Below, piece by piece: positions 49,992 to 60,018 of a stretch of DNA of 64,000 nucleotides. The notes below the pieces were generated by a model, which was not told the DNA's origin, ran no database searches, and saw only the letters and a program-made list of their open reading frames with translations. Both the position numbers and the translations under genes were made by a program. Numbering within the stretch: the first letter of the stretch is position 1; each line of letters opens with the position of its first letter. The DNA comes from a virus. The DNA is taken from positions 6,118-70,117 of IMG/VR virus record IMGVR_UViG_3300044956_001213, one strand, 5' to 3'.

Positions 49992-52577
49992 TTATTCGTG
50001 TAATAATGCAAATAAATCGGTTTGAACTTGGCTACCGGGTGACTGAAGCTTCCAGCCTACCGCCTCATAAAACCTTTCAATAGAAGAAAAAATAATTTTT
50101 TTAAACATTAGCTCGTGATCAATTTCAAATATCTCTGCAAACTCTTTTGGATATGTATATTTGTAACCTATTGTTGATATACCAAACCGGTTTGGTTGCT
50201 TTGCATAAAAAAATCTTACTTTATCACCGGAAGATATCTTTTCATACTTTTTTCCTGTATTAAACCTATCTAAAAGTAAATTGTAAAAGTAAGCTGCTTT
50301 AACGTGAATAGGCATATGCTTAACAGTTTTAAATCCTTCACACTGTGCAGAATACTTTTCATATCCTTTTATACCCATTACAAAAGCTATATCTTCTGCT
50401 AAAAGATTTTTGAAAATGTCATATGTTTCGTTAAATATTTTGTTAGTCTGAGCTAAGTCTTGAGTCATTAGCATTGTTTCAATAATCTTCTTCACATACG
50501 GTTTGATAGGAGTTGGCATAGTGGTTCTTACAACCTCTACACCAGTATACTTAAACTTATCACAAGGTATGCCTTCTTCATCTAGCACATGTAAAACATA
50601 TCTTTTCTTCTGAAGAAAGAGTCCTACATCTGCTATAGTTTCTCTCTTAAAATTTAGCCTGCAATCTTGAGAGCCTAATGCTAATTGTCCCCACTTCATA
50701 ATATTTTCGTTTAAGTGGTCTTCTATATCTCGTACTTGTTTATAGTATTCAGATGTAATTCTTCCTTTACTATCAAACATCTTTAATCCTGTTTTCCTTA
50801 CAAGATATTTAATTGAAACATATGAGCTATCAGTATCATTATAGATAATGGGTGTATCGTTCTTTAAATCATCATCAGATAAATTTGCTTTGTTTTTAAT
50901 ATACTCTTCAAGTAGTCTATTTGATTCCTTAATAACAGCTTGCCCGGTTAGTGTAATTGATTCTGCTAGTTCGTCGTCACCTAGAGGGCTATGTTTGTTA
51001 CCAAAATAGCCGTAGATTGTATTAATTAAAATCTTTATAGTATGTTGAGTAATATTTAAATTTTCTATCTGAAGTTTAAGCTTTTGATAATCGCTTGTTG
51101 TTTTATCTAGTGTAATAAGTTTTCTTTTTGCTACAGCTAGCTGTTTTTTAATGGCAACGCGCTTTTTATAAAAATGATCTACGGTTTCAGGTATAATACC
51201 TTTCTCTTTTTGTGTAAAAAGTACTTTAGCCTTAGAAATGGCTATTTTTTCTTTTTCAATAAAATCTACGAAATGTTTATTAGAAAGTTTAAACGTTTGA
51301 CCATTTACGTGTTGTAATGTTATCTCTTTATCTGTCCTATCTACAATTACACCTACTTTTGTTTCGGGAGATAAGTTTAGCGTTATCATAACGTTAGGAT
51401 ACAGGCTATTAGCATCAAACGATACAACGTTTTCTTGAATCCCTTTCTTAGGATCACTAACATAAGCTCCAGCATTTTGTTCATCGCTTGTATGCGTTTT
51501 ATTAAAGGTAGGTATGCGCTGGTTTCTCATCCTAGCTCTAATTGCGCATAGTCCTGTAATAACAGACAATGATCCTAGCGCGCCTTCGAAAGTAGTTAAC
51601 CCCGCGTATGCTATTATTCTTAAAAGCTTCAAATATTGAAGCTTTTCTTCTAGTCTAACAAGAAGATTTACGTCCTGAATGTTATATTGTACAAATAATT
51701 CCCAGTTTTCATCAGCTAGACTGGTAAGATTTGTATCACCGTAATCAATCTTATTCTCACCTAATTCTGTCTCACCAATTGCATCTAGTTTGTATGATTC
51801 TCTTAGTGCAGGGCAAAAACGCTTATAAATATCTAGATAGTCAACACACGAAATACCTTCAATATGCCAATGCACTTGCTCTTTACCGAACTTACCTTTA
51901 AATACTATAGGTCTTATATAGCCAACCGGAGAAAGCTTCTTAACCTCATCTTCACCTAAAATTCTTGTTATTCTATTGATAATATAAGGGACATCAAAGA
52001 ATTCACTGTTCCATCCAGAAAGTATATCTGGGTAATCGGAGATAAAATAACTTATAAATTTTGAAAGTAATTCTTTTTCCGACTTACAGTGAATGTATGT
52101 TGAATGCTCTCTATTATTATAATATGTCTTCAGCCCCCACGTGATAAAGTGCTTTCTCAAAGTATCATAAACGGTAATAATGTTTATGGGATGTTGCGGA
52201 TCGTCAGGCTTAGGAAACTCATCTGGGCTATAAGTTTCAATGTCAATAAACAAAACTCTAATAGGGTGTTTTGAAAATTCTTCGTTTTCATACTCGTTCC
52301 AAAAACTGTCTATCAGAAATTGTTGCTGAATGTTTAAATTTTCAAATATTCTAATAATTTTATTATTTTTCAAATACCTTGAGCGTTCGGCTTGATTGCG
52401 AAACTTTTTCTTTTTGAGTTTTGTATTAAATATACTGGTAGTATCGGGTTTATTATTTGTTTCTAGATAAATGTAAGGCTCGAAAGTGGTATCTAAAGCA
52501 ACGCGTTTACCCTCACTATCCCAGGTAAAAAGACGCATAAGCTGGCTTTTTGGTAAATATGCAACATTTCTGTACAC
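49992..52577 (-). CDS. gp43: Family B DNA polymerase
   Basis: DIET, GWNSEFFDVPY, YNIQDV, SFDANSLYP, KILINTIYG, YNDTDS and KKRY. Confidence 0.96.
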   Translation of the reverse strand: MYRNVAYLPKSQLMRLFTWDSEGKRVALDTTFEPYIYLETNNKPDTTSIFNTKLKKKKFRNQAERSRYLKNNKIIRIFENLNIQQQFLIDSFWNEYENEEFSKHPIRVLFIDIETYSPDEFPKPDDPQHPINIITVYDTLRKHFITWGLKTYYNNREHSTYIHCKSEKELLSKFISYFISDYPDILSGWNSEFFDVPYIINRITRILGEDEVKKLSPVGYIRPIVFKGKFGKEQVHWHIEGISCVDYLDIYKRFCPALRESYKLDAIGETELGENKIDYGDTNLTSLADENWELFVQYNIQDVNLLVRLEEKLQYLKLLRIIAYAGLTTFEGALGSLSVITGLCAIRARMRNQRIPTFNKTHTSDEQNAGAYVSDPKKGIQENVVSFDANSLYPNVMITLNLSPETKVGVIVDRTDKEITLQHVNGQTFKLSNKHFVDFIEKEKIAISKAKVLFTQKEKGIIPETVDHFYKKRVAIKKQLAVAKRKLITLDKTTSDYQKLKLQIENLNITQHTIKILINTIYGYFGNKHSPLGDDELAESITLTGQAVIKESNRLLEEYIKNKANLSDDDLKNDTPIIYNDTDSSYVSIKYLVRKTGLKMFDSKGRITSEYYKQVRDIEDHLNENIMKWGQLALGSQDCRLNFKRETIADVGLFLQKKRYVLHVLDEEGIPCDKFKYTGVEVVRTTMPTPIKPYVKKIIETMLMTQDLAQTNKIFNETYDIFKNLLAEDIAFVMGIKGYEKYSAQCEGFKTVKHMPIHVKAAYFYNLLLDRFNTGKKYEKISSGDKVRFFYAKQPNRFGISTIGYKYTYPKEFAEIFEIDHELMFKKIIFSSIERFYEAVGWKLQSPGSQVQTDLFALLHE

Positions 52578-52611
52578 AAAAGTATTATAACAGCTTTATT
52601 TCAAAGTACAA
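52578..52611 (-). promoter_or_regulatory. Sigma70-type promoter TTGTAC-N16-TATAAT-N6-GTG (extended -10 TG; leaderless)
   Basis: -35 at 52606-52611; -10 at 52584-52589. Confidence 0.7.
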
Positions 52612-52791
52612 TTACAAATGTAAAACTATTTTAAATAGAACAATAGCAGAACAAATTGCTGCGATTAGGCTTGTAAATGTTCTGAGTAATTCAAGCTTAT
52701 GATTATGCTTATCGACCCATATTTCAACTAAATCCCTCAAGCATCCCTCCTCTTCAAGTCTTCTGGTTTCCTTCTTAGAAAGCTTTCTCAT
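52612..52791 (-). CDS. 59-aa protein with a C-terminal TM helix (not in the ORF track)
   Basis: MRKLSKKETRRLEEEGCLRDLVEIWVDKHNHKLELLRTFTSLIAAICSAIVLFKIVLHL*; ATGA overlap with the upstream GT stop; fills the gap exactly. Confidence 0.7.
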   Translation of the reverse strand: MRKLSKKETRRLEEEGCLRDLVEIWVDKHNHKLELLRTFTSLIAAICSAIVLFKIVLHL

Positions 52792-53999
52792 AACCCGTTA
52801 GCTTTATTAATTAATTTACGACCTAAATCACCGTACGGTAGTGTATAAAGCTCGGAATACATATTAAGATTACATTCATTCTCTAACCATCTTGACTCTG
52901 CAACCTTACGATATTTTGCACACTGATTCATATATCTACCTTTCTTAGACAGCGTTTCCTCAATACAGCCAATCATTTCATCGCCTGTATTAAATTTTAT
53001 AGGAGCATTTTCATATGTTACTAAATCCTGACAGGCAATTGGTAATCCGAAGCTACACGCTTCAATGTATTTTAAATCACTCTTAGCTTTATTAAATGTG
53101 TTGTTCTGAAGAGGCGCAACCATCATATTAACTCTTAGATTATAAATTTTTTCAGGATAGGTATAAAGCTGTTGCCAAGGATGAAATTCGAGCGTACCAT
53201 CGCGTATAAATTGCTGCAGAGGTAAAGGAAAAGCACCAAGAAAAACCCACTGGTATTTATCTTTAGTTTTAACTATAGCATCGAGAACATGATAAAAATC
53301 ATCCTTTTGATTGACACGATTATCCACGTCAAAATGTGCTCCTGAGCCTGCATATAATATTCTTGGCTTCTTTTGAAAAACATCAAAATTTTCTGAAATA
53401 CGTTTTTCACTATAATAATTACCGAGCCAGAATTTAGGCGGAAAATTTGGAATAACAGTAATATTTTTATTACTTGTTTTACCCATATAATACTGTTTCA
53501 TAAAATTACAAGTAACAGTTATCTCGTCACACATTTCCATAATTTGCTGTGACGTCTTACGTATTTCAGAATCTGTAAAGGCAGGTTTAAACTTATTATA
53601 CTCAGGAATATCTTCACTAAAAACTAAATCATCAATTTCATAAACTAATCTAAATCCAAGTTGCTTACTAACTTCCTTTAAAAATGTTACGAACTTTAAT
53701 TGGCTGGTTGTAGCTTGACGCTGAATACGTACACATTTTGTAGTTCTATAATAATTAGGATCAAAACACATTACTGTACTGCCGTGAACTACTAACTTTT
53801 GATGGGCGTTAAGAATATGCTCTGGCCATATCATGCGCCAAAATCCGCATCCGCTATAATCTGCATAAAAATTCATAGCTCTAGATAAATCAAGCTCTGG
53901 TGGTCTGGGTAAGTCTGCGAATGTGTTCTTACTGGCTACTAAGGGATTGACAGGTGTAAAAGGTAAAGCAAACGGCTGCGGAAAAGGTGAAACAAACAT
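52788..53999 (-). CDS. GT-B fold glycosyltransferase
   Basis: GCGFWRMIWP, YEIDDL, APLQNNTFNKAKSDLKYIEA..G.P; start likely ATG 53999 (MFVSP). Confidence 0.8.
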   Translation of the reverse strand: MFVSPFPQPFALPFTPVNPLVASKNTFADLPRPPELDLSRAMNFYADYSGCGFWRMIWPEHILNAHQKLVVHGSTVMCFDPNYYRTTKCVRIQRQATTSQLKFVTFLKEVSKQLGFRLVYEIDDLVFSEDIPEYNKFKPAFTDSEIRKTSQQIMEMCDEITVTCNFMKQYYMGKTSNKNITVIPNFPPKFWLGNYYSEKRISENFDVFQKKPRILYAGSGAHFDVDNRVNQKDDFYHVLDAIVKTKDKYQWVFLGAFPLPLQQFIRDGTLEFHPWQQLYTYPEKIYNLRVNMMVAPLQNNTFNKAKSDLKYIEACSFGLPIACQDLVTYENAPIKFNTGDEMIGCIEETLSKKGRYMNQCAKYRKVAESRWLENECNLNMYSELYTLPYGDLGRKLINKANGL

Positions 54000-54006
54000 A
54001 TATATA

Positions 54007-55818
54007 TTAACTATTATATTCCTTGTAATCAACTCTTCTTGTAATTCCGTTAGCTTTTTCTAGAAAAATAATTTCACCTGTTGCCGCTTTAATACTTTCT
54101 TTTCTATGGCTAATTACCATAATAGACTCGTTATATTTGTCTACACGTTCTTTCAATATATTAATTACCAATTCTACACCCCTTTCATCTAAACTTGAAT
54201 CAAAAAGCTCATCATATATGCTAAAATTAAAAGATACATCGCCTTGTAACTTTCTAATATCCATAAATGTAAATAAACAAGCAAAGTCAATATTTTTTCG
54301 TTCTGCACCGCTAAAATTAAAATAAGAACAAGACTTACCTTTATTATCAACTATTTCGTCTTCAAAATATTCATTAAATGTGCATATACAATTAGCATCC
54401 ATTTTTTTAAGATAATATGCAAGTTTACTATTAAACAGTTGAAGAATTTTTTTAACAATATAGGATTTTACACCTTCTTCAGAAACAACAAACTTTACTA
54501 TGTCTAAAGTATTAATTTTGTCTTTTATTAACTCAAGTTCTTGTTTTGTCTTTTCTAATCTTTCTTTTTGTTCCTTAATAACAGAATCAAAAGTATTGGA
54601 ATCGATTTCAATTTCTTTTAAATCTTGCTCAAGCTCTGCTTGCCATTGATTAAGCTGGGCAAGCCTGTCTTCATAATTTTGCTTTTCTTTAAGTTTTAAT
54701 TTATATGAATTATGAGAATCGCGAAGCTTTTGTATCTTTAATTCAATTTTATTTAAAAAAGAAATAAATTGCTTTTCCTCTGTCTTAGAGCTGTTAATAT
54801 TATCCTCGTGATCAGATATTTCATCATTTATTTTCTTTTTTTCCATTTTAATGTGGTTTCTATCAATATCCTCAATGCTTCTTAGACATGTGGGGCATAT
54901 ATCCTTATCAGTGCCTACAGATAATATTTTCTTTTGAAGCTGGCTTATTAGAGTACTGTTTTCAGAAATTGAATGTCTTATCTCTTGTAGCTTTTTATCT
55001 ACTTTTGTATTGCTTGCTTCGAGTTCTTCAATCTCTGTCTTAATCTTGTCTACATCAGGCAGTTCAAAGGAGTTAAGCTTTTTACTAATTTCAAAAATTT
55101 CTTTACTATTGTTTTGTTGTCTAATAATATATTTTTCTTTCTTCTTCTGTCTTTCAATAGAAAAATTTTCCTTTTGTTTTTCTAGAGAAATAATACCTTT
55201 GTATATTTCATCGTGCTTAGTGGTTTCAGTGTCAAAAGATTTTTTATTATCGTTAGCATCGCTTTTAAGCAAATTAAGCATATCACTAAAAACACCTAAA
55301 TTAAAAATATCTTCAATAAATTTTCTCTTCTCTTGCTTTTTTTTAGCCATAAACGGAATAGTATTGTTTATGGTCATAATAACACAGTTTTGAAATATTT
55401 CCGGTGTACAATTAAGCTTAGACATTATAAAAGAATTTGTATTCGAGATACTATCTCTTGTTTTATCTTCACCGTTAACAAATATAAAACATTTTGATGG
55501 TTCAAGTGTTCTAATAATTTGTATGTTTTCTTTTAAATCATAACTCTGTATTGTAATATCTATAGTAACTTCACAGCTTTTTCTGTTAACATTGTTAATA
55601 ATATTTTCTTTCTTTAAATCTCTTAAAGTTTCACCAAATACTGCAAAGTATACAGCATCAGCGACAGTAGATTTACCCACACCGTTACGCCTATCCTCTT
55701 TGTCTTTGTTAATTCCCGTTATAATGTGAAGGCCTTTCTTAAAATCTACTACAACAGGCTGATTGCCAACAGATAGAAAATTTTTAATACTAATTCTATT
55801 AAACGTAATATTTTTCAT
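54007..55818 (-). CDS. gp46: Recombination endonuclease ATPase subunit (Rad50/SbcC-like)
   Basis: KNFLSVG, NGVGKS, CPTC hook, FSGAE, DELFDSSLD and ISH. Confidence 0.93.
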   Translation of the reverse strand: MKNITFNRISIKNFLSVGNQPVVVDFKKGLHIITGINKDKEDRRNGVGKSTVADAVYFAVFGETLRDLKKENIINNVNRKSCEVTIDITIQSYDLKENIQIIRTLEPSKCFIFVNGEDKTRDSISNTNSFIMSKLNCTPEIFQNCVIMTINNTIPFMAKKKQEKRKFIEDIFNLGVFSDMLNLLKSDANDNKKSFDTETTKHDEIYKGIISLEKQKENFSIERQKKKEKYIIRQQNNSKEIFEISKKLNSFELPDVDKIKTEIEELEASNTKVDKKLQEIRHSISENSTLISQLQKKILSVGTDKDICPTCLRSIEDIDRNHIKMEKKKINDEISDHEDNINSSKTEEKQFISFLNKIELKIQKLRDSHNSYKLKLKEKQNYEDRLAQLNQWQAELEQDLKEIEIDSNTFDSVIKEQKERLEKTKQELELIKDKINTLDIVKFVVSEEGVKSYIVKKILQLFNSKLAYYLKKMDANCICTFNEYFEDEIVDNKGKSCSYFNFSGAERKNIDFACLFTFMDIRKLQGDVSFNFSIYDELFDSSLDERGVELVINILKERVDKYNESIMVISHRKESIKAATGEIIFLEKANGITRRVDYKEYNS

Positions 55819-56888
55819 GTTGTATACGCTCTTTTATACAAATCTAAGCAATACTTGGACACATCGCTTTTTTTATCTATATCTAAAAGCGAAACAAACT
55901 CTTCTATAGCTTTACTCATATCAACACCAGAAAAATCTACAGCCTGATCTTCATTTATAACAATACTGTCATTGTATAGAGAATAATCTACTGATAAGTT
56001 AAAAGGATTATGAGTGGCCATCTTTTGAATTAACAACTCAATATTGTCTGTTGTTATTTTTTTATCTACTATTAGTTTAACTATATTATTATTCACTATC
56101 TGTTTTACTTCAGATGCAGTAAGAGTCTTAAAAGTTGTTAAATCAGATAATAATATTTTTTTATGTTTTGGTGAAAACAAATTTTCATAAAAAATATAAG
56201 AAAGATCGTTAAAATCAAGTATATAATAACCTTTAGTTGATCCTGTATCTCCAAAATCCATTTCAAAAGGGTTACCTACATATATAATAGTCTTAGAATC
56301 ATATCTACGCTCGTCACGGAGATGAAAATGCCCCGTCATGATTAAATCTGCTTTAGAAAGAAGATCTGATGATTTCATACCATTATCACAATGCTTATGA
56401 CTGTTCATCTTAAAGCTTTCTATCTCTAAATGACCAAAGAGTACGTCAGATTTGTTTATTTTTTCAACTGATGAACCCCATGGAAGGAGTGATACAGTTT
56501 TACCTAAAATTGTAAATTCAGAAGGCTCACTAATTACTTGAATGTTTTTCCACCCATCGAGAATAGAAAGTGAATTAATATCTGACCTATCTTTATAGAA
56601 AGCGTCGTGATTACCAACTAGTATAACTAAATTAAAGTTAGACCATAAATTTAAAATTTGATTTACTACATGAATAGTGTTTACTGCTATTTCATCTCTG
56701 TAATGATACAAATCACCTAGTATAAAGATATCTTTAATACCCTTATGGTTAAGTTCTCCTTTTAGCCATGTAGCCCATTTTAATGCAGTTTCATGCCAAA
56801 ATATGCTATTTTGATGTACACCAATATGAAGATCTGCTATACAGCAAACCTTGTTATTGTTTATATTAAGATCTTTTATTGTTCTCAC
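55815..56888 (-). CDS. gp47: Recombination endonuclease nuclease subunit (Mre11/SbcD-like)
   Basis: DLHIG, LGDL, GNHD, GHFH and YVGNP. Confidence 0.93.
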   Translation of the reverse strand: MRTIKDLNINNNKVCCIADLHIGVHQNSIFWHETALKWATWLKGELNHKGIKDIFILGDLYHYRDEIAVNTIHVVNQILNLWSNFNLVILVGNHDAFYKDRSDINSLSILDGWKNIQVISEPSEFTILGKTVSLLPWGSSVEKINKSDVLFGHLEIESFKMNSHKHCDNGMKSSDLLSKADLIMTGHFHLRDERRYDSKTIIYVGNPFEMDFGDTGSTKGYYILDFNDLSYIFYENLFSPKHKKILLSDLTTFKTLTASEVKQIVNNNIVKLIVDKKITTDNIELLIQKMATHNPFNLSVDYSLYNDSIVINEDQAVDFSGVDMSKAIEEFVSLLDIDKKSDVSKYCLDLYKRAYTT

Positions 56889-57478
56889 TCTATACTATTG
56901 TAGTTATCGTCGTTCGGCTCGACGTATATGTGTGCTCCGCTGGAACCGTCAAGATTAAGCATTAAATCTGTATAAACTTTATCACGATATTCATTTAATA
57001 CGGCGTGATGTTTGTTTTCTTTTTTAATTCTATTAATAAAAGCATGAAATGCGATTGTGGTAAAATATGAAAAAGGACTGAATCCGGAATCAAGTTTAAA
57101 CTTCTTGTTGCGTAATGCAGAGAACATTTTTACAACAGCATCACCAATCATGTCGTCTTTATAAGAGTAGTTAATAAAGTTAGGCGCGTAAGAGAGTCCA
57201 TGTGCAATTTTAGTTAAGCTTTCGCCTAATTTTTGTGTAACTAAACCAGATTTATAATATGCGCGAATTTCCTCTTCAAATTCTCTACTATTTACATAAT
57301 GCACCTTTTCCTTGGGTTTCAGTTTCTTACTAGGTGCGGCTATCTGTTGATCAATAGTGGTTTTAAGTATTTTTTGAAGCTCGGGATCATTAATAATGTC
57401 TTTACCGTCATTAACAGCTGTAGCTGTTTTAAGCTTCTTTAATTTCTTTAATGATGTGCTTGATTTTTTCTTTTTCAT
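56885..57478 (-). CDS. gp55: Late transcription sigma factor
   Basis: HYVNSREF, IAHGLSYAPNFINYSYKDDMIGDA and PFSYFTTIAFHAFINRIKKE. Confidence 0.9.
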   Translation of the reverse strand: MKKKKSSTSLKKLKKLKTATAVNDGKDIINDPELQKILKTTIDQQIAAPSKKLKPKEKVHYVNSREFEEEIRAYYKSGLVTQKLGESLTKIAHGLSYAPNFINYSYKDDMIGDAVVKMFSALRNKKFKLDSGFSPFSYFTTIAFHAFINRIKKENKHHAVLNEYRDKVYTDLMLNLDGSSGAHIYVEPNDDNYNSIE

Positions 57479-58886
57479 AAAGCATTATGCGTTTTTCCAT
57501 ATGCGAAGTACTATATTTAAAGTCATCCGCAATGTCGAATATTATAAGCTTATCTTTATCCTTGTGCAAGCGAAGACCTCTGCCTATAGATTGAACAATT
57601 TTTATTTTAGCTTTTCCGCTGCATGCAAAAACAATATAATGAAGATTCTTGATATTAATACCAGTTGAAAATATTTTAGAAATTGCAACAACAACAACAT
57701 CTGTTCTATCTTCCATTAGCTTTCTAATTTTTTCTCTTTCAGATATTTCTACCTCACCTCTAATAAAATATACGTGTTTATCCGGGCAAGCCGATTTAAT
57801 TGATGAATATAAAAGCTCACCATGCACAATAAAATCGACAAGAACAAGAGTATTATTTTGTACTTTACACACAAGTTTACTAATAATATTATTTCTAAAT
57901 GTATTTCTTATAAGAAAATTTTGCTCTGCTCTATAGAGGTTAGTTTTAGAAAAAACTAAATCCTTAAAAGGATCTTCTTTATAGCAAAGTTTTAATATTT
58001 GAATTTGTACATTACTTATAAAGTTTTCAAGTCTCAGCTCATAACTATTTTTCTCATAAACTATAGGTCCAATCTTACCTATAATATTCCACTGATCTAG
58101 AAGATTCTCTGGCATTGTACCGGTAAATCCATATCTAATAGGTGTTTTAATTAATTTAATAATCTTATTAATTTCATTTCCTTTTCTTATTTTATGAACC
58201 TCATCAACTATTAAAGCATCAATATTTTGAATCCAAGAGAGATCAGAATTTTTACTCTGCAATATTCCTAAATTGGCTACAATAATATTACAGGAAACAT
58301 CTAACGCATTTGTACCTGTCCATTTACTTACAGAAAAAGGCACATTATAGGTTTGAAAATCTTTTGATGTTTGTTCTACCAGCCCTAAATCAGGTACTAT
58401 ATAAAGACACTTAAAAGATTGCCCGTAGAGAAGAAAGAGTTTTGTTAATAAGGAAGCAGCAGTAAGTGTTTTTCCGCCTGCAGTTGCTAGTACAATAGTA
58501 CCTCTACCAATATTAAGAGCTTTCTTAACAATCTCTTCTTGATAGTCTCTTAAAGGAAGAGATAAGGGAACTAAATCAGTAGAATATTGTGGGTTTTTTT
58601 CCCAGCGTTTAGAAGGCTTAATAACAGTAAGTAACTGTTCATCTGTGTTAACCTCTCCAACAAATTGTTTATTAGTTAAAAATTTTCGTATTTCAAAGTA
58701 AAGACCGGGCTCAAATCTACCGGCGGGGGTAATGGCATAAGTGCGCTGAGGTAAATACCTGCCATATTTTTGTCTAATGAAAAAAGCTGCTTCATTTTTA
58801 ACAGAAAAAGCTTCTCTTATGTCTTCAAACATTTCACCAGATAGCAAGCCTGTACCCCTCTTGGGATCGTAGGTAAAGTTTATCAT
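57429..58886 (-). CDS. uvsW: SF2 DNA helicase
   Basis: LRDYQ, ATAGGKT, DEVH, GFTGT, FSTGINIKNL and QSIGRGLR. Confidence 0.92.
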   Translation of the reverse strand: MINFTYDPKRGTGLLSGEMFEDIREAFSVKNEAAFFIRQKYGRYLPQRTYAITPAGRFEPGLYFEIRKFLTNKQFVGEVNTDEQLLTVIKPSKRWEKNPQYSTDLVPLSLPLRDYQEEIVKKALNIGRGTIVLATAGGKTLTAASLLTKLFLLYGQSFKCLYIVPDLGLVEQTSKDFQTYNVPFSVSKWTGTNALDVSCNIIVANLGILQSKNSDLSWIQNIDALIVDEVHKIRKGNEINKIIKLIKTPIRYGFTGTMPENLLDQWNIIGKIGPIVYEKNSYELRLENFISNVQIQILKLCYKEDPFKDLVFSKTNLYRAEQNFLIRNTFRNNIISKLVCKVQNNTLVLVDFIVHGELLYSSIKSACPDKHVYFIRGEVEISEREKIRKLMEDRTDVVVVAISKIFSTGINIKNLHYIVFACSGKAKIKIVQSIGRGLRLHKDKDKLIIFDIADDFKYSTSHMEKRIMLYEKEKIKHIIKEIKEA

Positions 58887-59275
58887 GTCGTTTCAAGCTT
58901 TATAATATCAATTAAATTTTTAATATCATAAGATGCAGAGCTTAAGATCTTTTCTGCTTTTTCTAAGAGCTCAATAATAAGCTCTAATTCATTAATTTTA
59001 TTGTCTGTGTCTAATATTTCATTGCATTTTTCTGCAGTTCTTTCAACTACAGAAAAAGCTAATTTAACAGGGCTTTGCTCATTTAATTTATCTACTACTA
59101 ACTTTTTTGTATGCTCTCTCTTTTTACGTAACTCGTTGATTTCCAATTTATGTCTAATACATCTGCCCGCCCATTTATGCTTAATACCGGGTAATTTTAA
59201 TTGATAATCTTTTAATATAAGCTCATCAATTTTTAAGTCTGTTTCAAGTTCTTTTATGTATTCATCAATTAGCAT
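58883..59275 (-). CDS. uvsY: Recombination mediator
   Basis: DLKIDE...KHKW...YDIKNLID; adjacent to uvsW; start reassigned to ATG 59275. Confidence 0.75.
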   Translation of the reverse strand: MLIDEYIKELETDLKIDELILKDYQLKLPGIKHKWAGRCIRHKLEINELRKKREHTKKLVVDKLNEQSPVKLAFSVVERTAEKCNEILDTDNKINELELIIELLEKAEKILSSASYDIKNLIDIIKLETT

Positions 59276-59301
59276 TTTATTAAATAATAATATATAAATA
59301 A

Positions 59302-59571
59302 ATGAAATCAAATAATTTATTTGAGCAAAAATTTTTAAAGGTCCTTGAAGAAAATATAGTTTCAGGAGGTCCTAATAGCGCTTTTGGCACGGGAACTATA
59401 GCATCTATAGGATCATTTGGCAATCAGTTCCCCTCTCAAAATGATAATGCTTATTCACCTAATGATACTAGAATACCTAAAATACTAGGAGCGAAAAAAA
59501 AGAAAAAAAAATTAAAAATACCTATTCAAAGGCGTTCTCTTCCAGGCTTAACACTATATAGCGGTAAATAA
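59302..59571 (+). CDS. Hypothetical late protein (capsid-targeting-like N-terminus, basic tail)
   Basis: Begins MKSNNLFEQKFLKVLEE; TATAAATA upstream. Confidence 0.55.
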   Translation: MKSNNLFEQKFLKVLEENIVSGGPNSAFGTGTIASIGSFGNQFPSQNDNAYSPNDTRIPKILGAKKKKKKLKIPIQRRSLPGLTLYSGK

Positions 59572-59575
59572 ATTA

Positions 59576-59989
59576 ATGGATTTAGGTCATTGGATAATAG
59601 CAGAAGATGTTCAAATAAAAGAAGACACTTTTGGCTTTATTTACGAAATAACTAATTTAGTTAATAACAAAAAATATATTGGAAAAAAACAATGTGTCTC
59701 AAGAATAAAAAAAAAGCCGTTAAAAGGTAAAAAAAACAAAAGAATTGAGTTAAAAGAATCTGACTGGAGACTATATACTAGTTCATCTAATGAACTAAAT
59801 GAAGATATAAGAAATTTTGGTAAAGATAAATTTTTATTTAAAATTATAAAAGTATGTGGATCAAAATGGGAGTTAGCTTACTTTGAAATATCAGAGCAAA
59901 TAAAAAATAATGTACTATTGAGAGATGACTATTACAATGGTATTATAAATGTAAGAATTGGAAGGCCTCCAAAAAAATTTCTTGAATAA
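59576..59989 (+). CDS. GIY-YIG family endonuclease (catalytic domain only)
   Basis: FGFIYEITN...KYIGKK...E...YYNG. Confidence 0.75.
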   Translation: MDLGHWIIAEDVQIKEDTFGFIYEITNLVNNKKYIGKKQCVSRIKKKPLKGKKNKRIELKESDWRLYTSSSNELNEDIRNFGKDKFLFKIIKVCGSKWELAYFEISEQIKNNVLLRDDYYNGIINVRIGRPPKKFLE

Positions 59990-60018
59990 TAATTTTTTTT
60001 AAATTATAATAATAATTT

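Noticed and set aside
30628-58886. Introns or inteins in terminase, helicases, polymerase or UvsX
   Set aside because: Protein lengths are normal and motifs contiguous; no intein or homing-endonuclease insertions seen.
59576-59989. GIY-YIG gene as a mobile homing endonuclease
   Set aside because: Only 137 aa with no DNA-binding extension, does not interrupt a gene and is under a regular late promoter; more likely a resident gene.
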